Positions 63,066 to 64,000 of a stretch of 64,000 nt of DNA are shown one piece after another. A model generated the notes under the pieces. It made no database searches. It saw only the letters and a program-made list of their open reading frames with translations, and was not told the DNA's origin. Location: assembly GCF_001194135.2 (NCBI RefSeq), contig NC_069005.1:21330495-21394494 (forward strand), read 5' to 3'. The DNA comes from Octopus bimaculoides. Taxonomy: Eukaryota. Each line of letters starts with the position of its first letter. Position 1 is the stretch's first letter. The position numbers and the translations under genes are program-made.

Positions 63066-63295
63066 TGCCAGAAGGTTTGCAAATCCAACAGAGGCCTCAA
63101 AAGACATTTTAAGATCCACAAAGAGCAGAATTTATCTACAGCTCTTGGTGGTCCAAATCGAAGGTTCGACCTATGTGGGTGTCTTTTCAGAGCATTGTCT
63201 GGTCTAAAAAGCCACACCAGATGCCATGATGGTGCTAAGGTGTAGCTACAGGAGGTGGTCAAATTCTGCATAAGTAGTAGACAACCACCATATAT
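63066..63295 (+). mobile_element. Second, oppositely oriented 3' end of the same C2H2-tailed RTE family
   Basis: CQKVCKSNRGLKRHFKIH...LCGCLFRALSGLKSHTRCH. The 3' end gtagacaaccaccatatata is the reverse complement of ~62175-62195. Confidence 0.75.
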
Positions 63296-64000
63296 ATATA
63301 GTATAGTCTTCTACCTAGTTGGCTCCTATCAAACCATCCAACCCATGCCTGCATGAAAAGTGGCCATTAAATGATGATGATGATACACACACATACACAT
63401 ACATATTTACACCATAATCATTCAATATATGTTTTAGGGTATCTTTCATTGGCTAGGTGTTGGAAAATAATGAGCATGATTATTCATTTAATGGATTAAA
63501 ATTACAAATATTTCTTCTTTGAGGGGTAATTTTGGAGGAGCCAGAAGCTTTAATTCCACTGTTGTAGAAAGTAAAAGCTATTTCCCAAAACAGATCATGG
63601 GTCATGCCTATGAGATCAAAACAATCTTATATCAGGAAATAGATGTTTTCTACTGTCTAAATATATTCGTTTCTTTGTGACAACTTTGCATGTAAAAAGA
63701 TCCTAGATACTTAATAAGTTCATTCATCTAGCATGATTTCTGTAGATCATGAGAAATAAACCACCAGTTTTCTCTTGGCATGTACTTGCATATTTAAACA
63801 TATCAGAAAAAGTGTGTAAACAAGCCTTTTTTTTATATAGATAATAAAGTACACAAACACACACACACACACACACACACACGTTTAACAACTCAAAATT
63901 ATTATGAATGAGCTAGATAAACAAGAATGAAAAATCTTTTCCTTTTTCTCTATGTAAGATTATATCTTTATATAACAATTACATGGGTGGTTCAGGTATG

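Noticed and set aside
62226-63245. Two host C2H2 zinc-finger genes
   Set aside because: They are contiguous with RTE motifs, interrupted by a SINE and (TA)n, lack splice signals and TGEKP linkers, and end in the same repeat 3' tail.

Overview
This window is eukaryotic, AT-rich, mostly intronic DNA with 13 N-gaps and abundant (TA)n/(CA)n/(GA)n/(TTA)n microsatellites. The tRNA-headed SINE families, RTE and Dong/R4 LINE relics and overall style look like an octopod cephalopod genome; that is inferred from repeat style and not verified. I found no prokaryotic features, CRISPR arrays, rRNA or genuine tRNA genes. The only well-supported host coding sequence is a 1,960-nt + strand exon (57023-58982) encoding a Lys/Ser/Asn/Glu-rich, probably disordered and nuclear, polypeptide that I cannot name. 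A candidate 15-nt in-frame microexon follows at 60908-60922. The rest is nested mobile DNA: about 40 SINE copies from 4-5 modular families, RTE LINE relics of two types, a Dong/R4 3' fragment, Tc1/mariner-type relics and MITEs, and TTAA-flanked piggyBac-like MITEs. The most notable hidden signals are four. (1) Hammerhead ribozyme motifs of the minimal type I, palindromic-loop (Penelope/retrozyme) kind: one intact at 18203-18245 inside a ~290-bp element embedded in (TA)n, one with an extended stem II at 45678-45779, and two broken relatives. (2) Three concentric reverse-complementary SINE pairs bracket the large exon, an architecture that favours circRNA formation, skipping or A-to-I editing. 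(3) Two different SINEs inserted at essentially the same position in a MITE terminal repeat. (4) A C4HC3 PHD finger sits directly upstream of RT motif 7 in an RTE LINE. All alignments and folds were done by eye; repeat boundaries are approximate to about 10-20 bp unless a TSD or TIR is quoted, and family labels A-E, MITE-B, P1 and P2 are my own working names.
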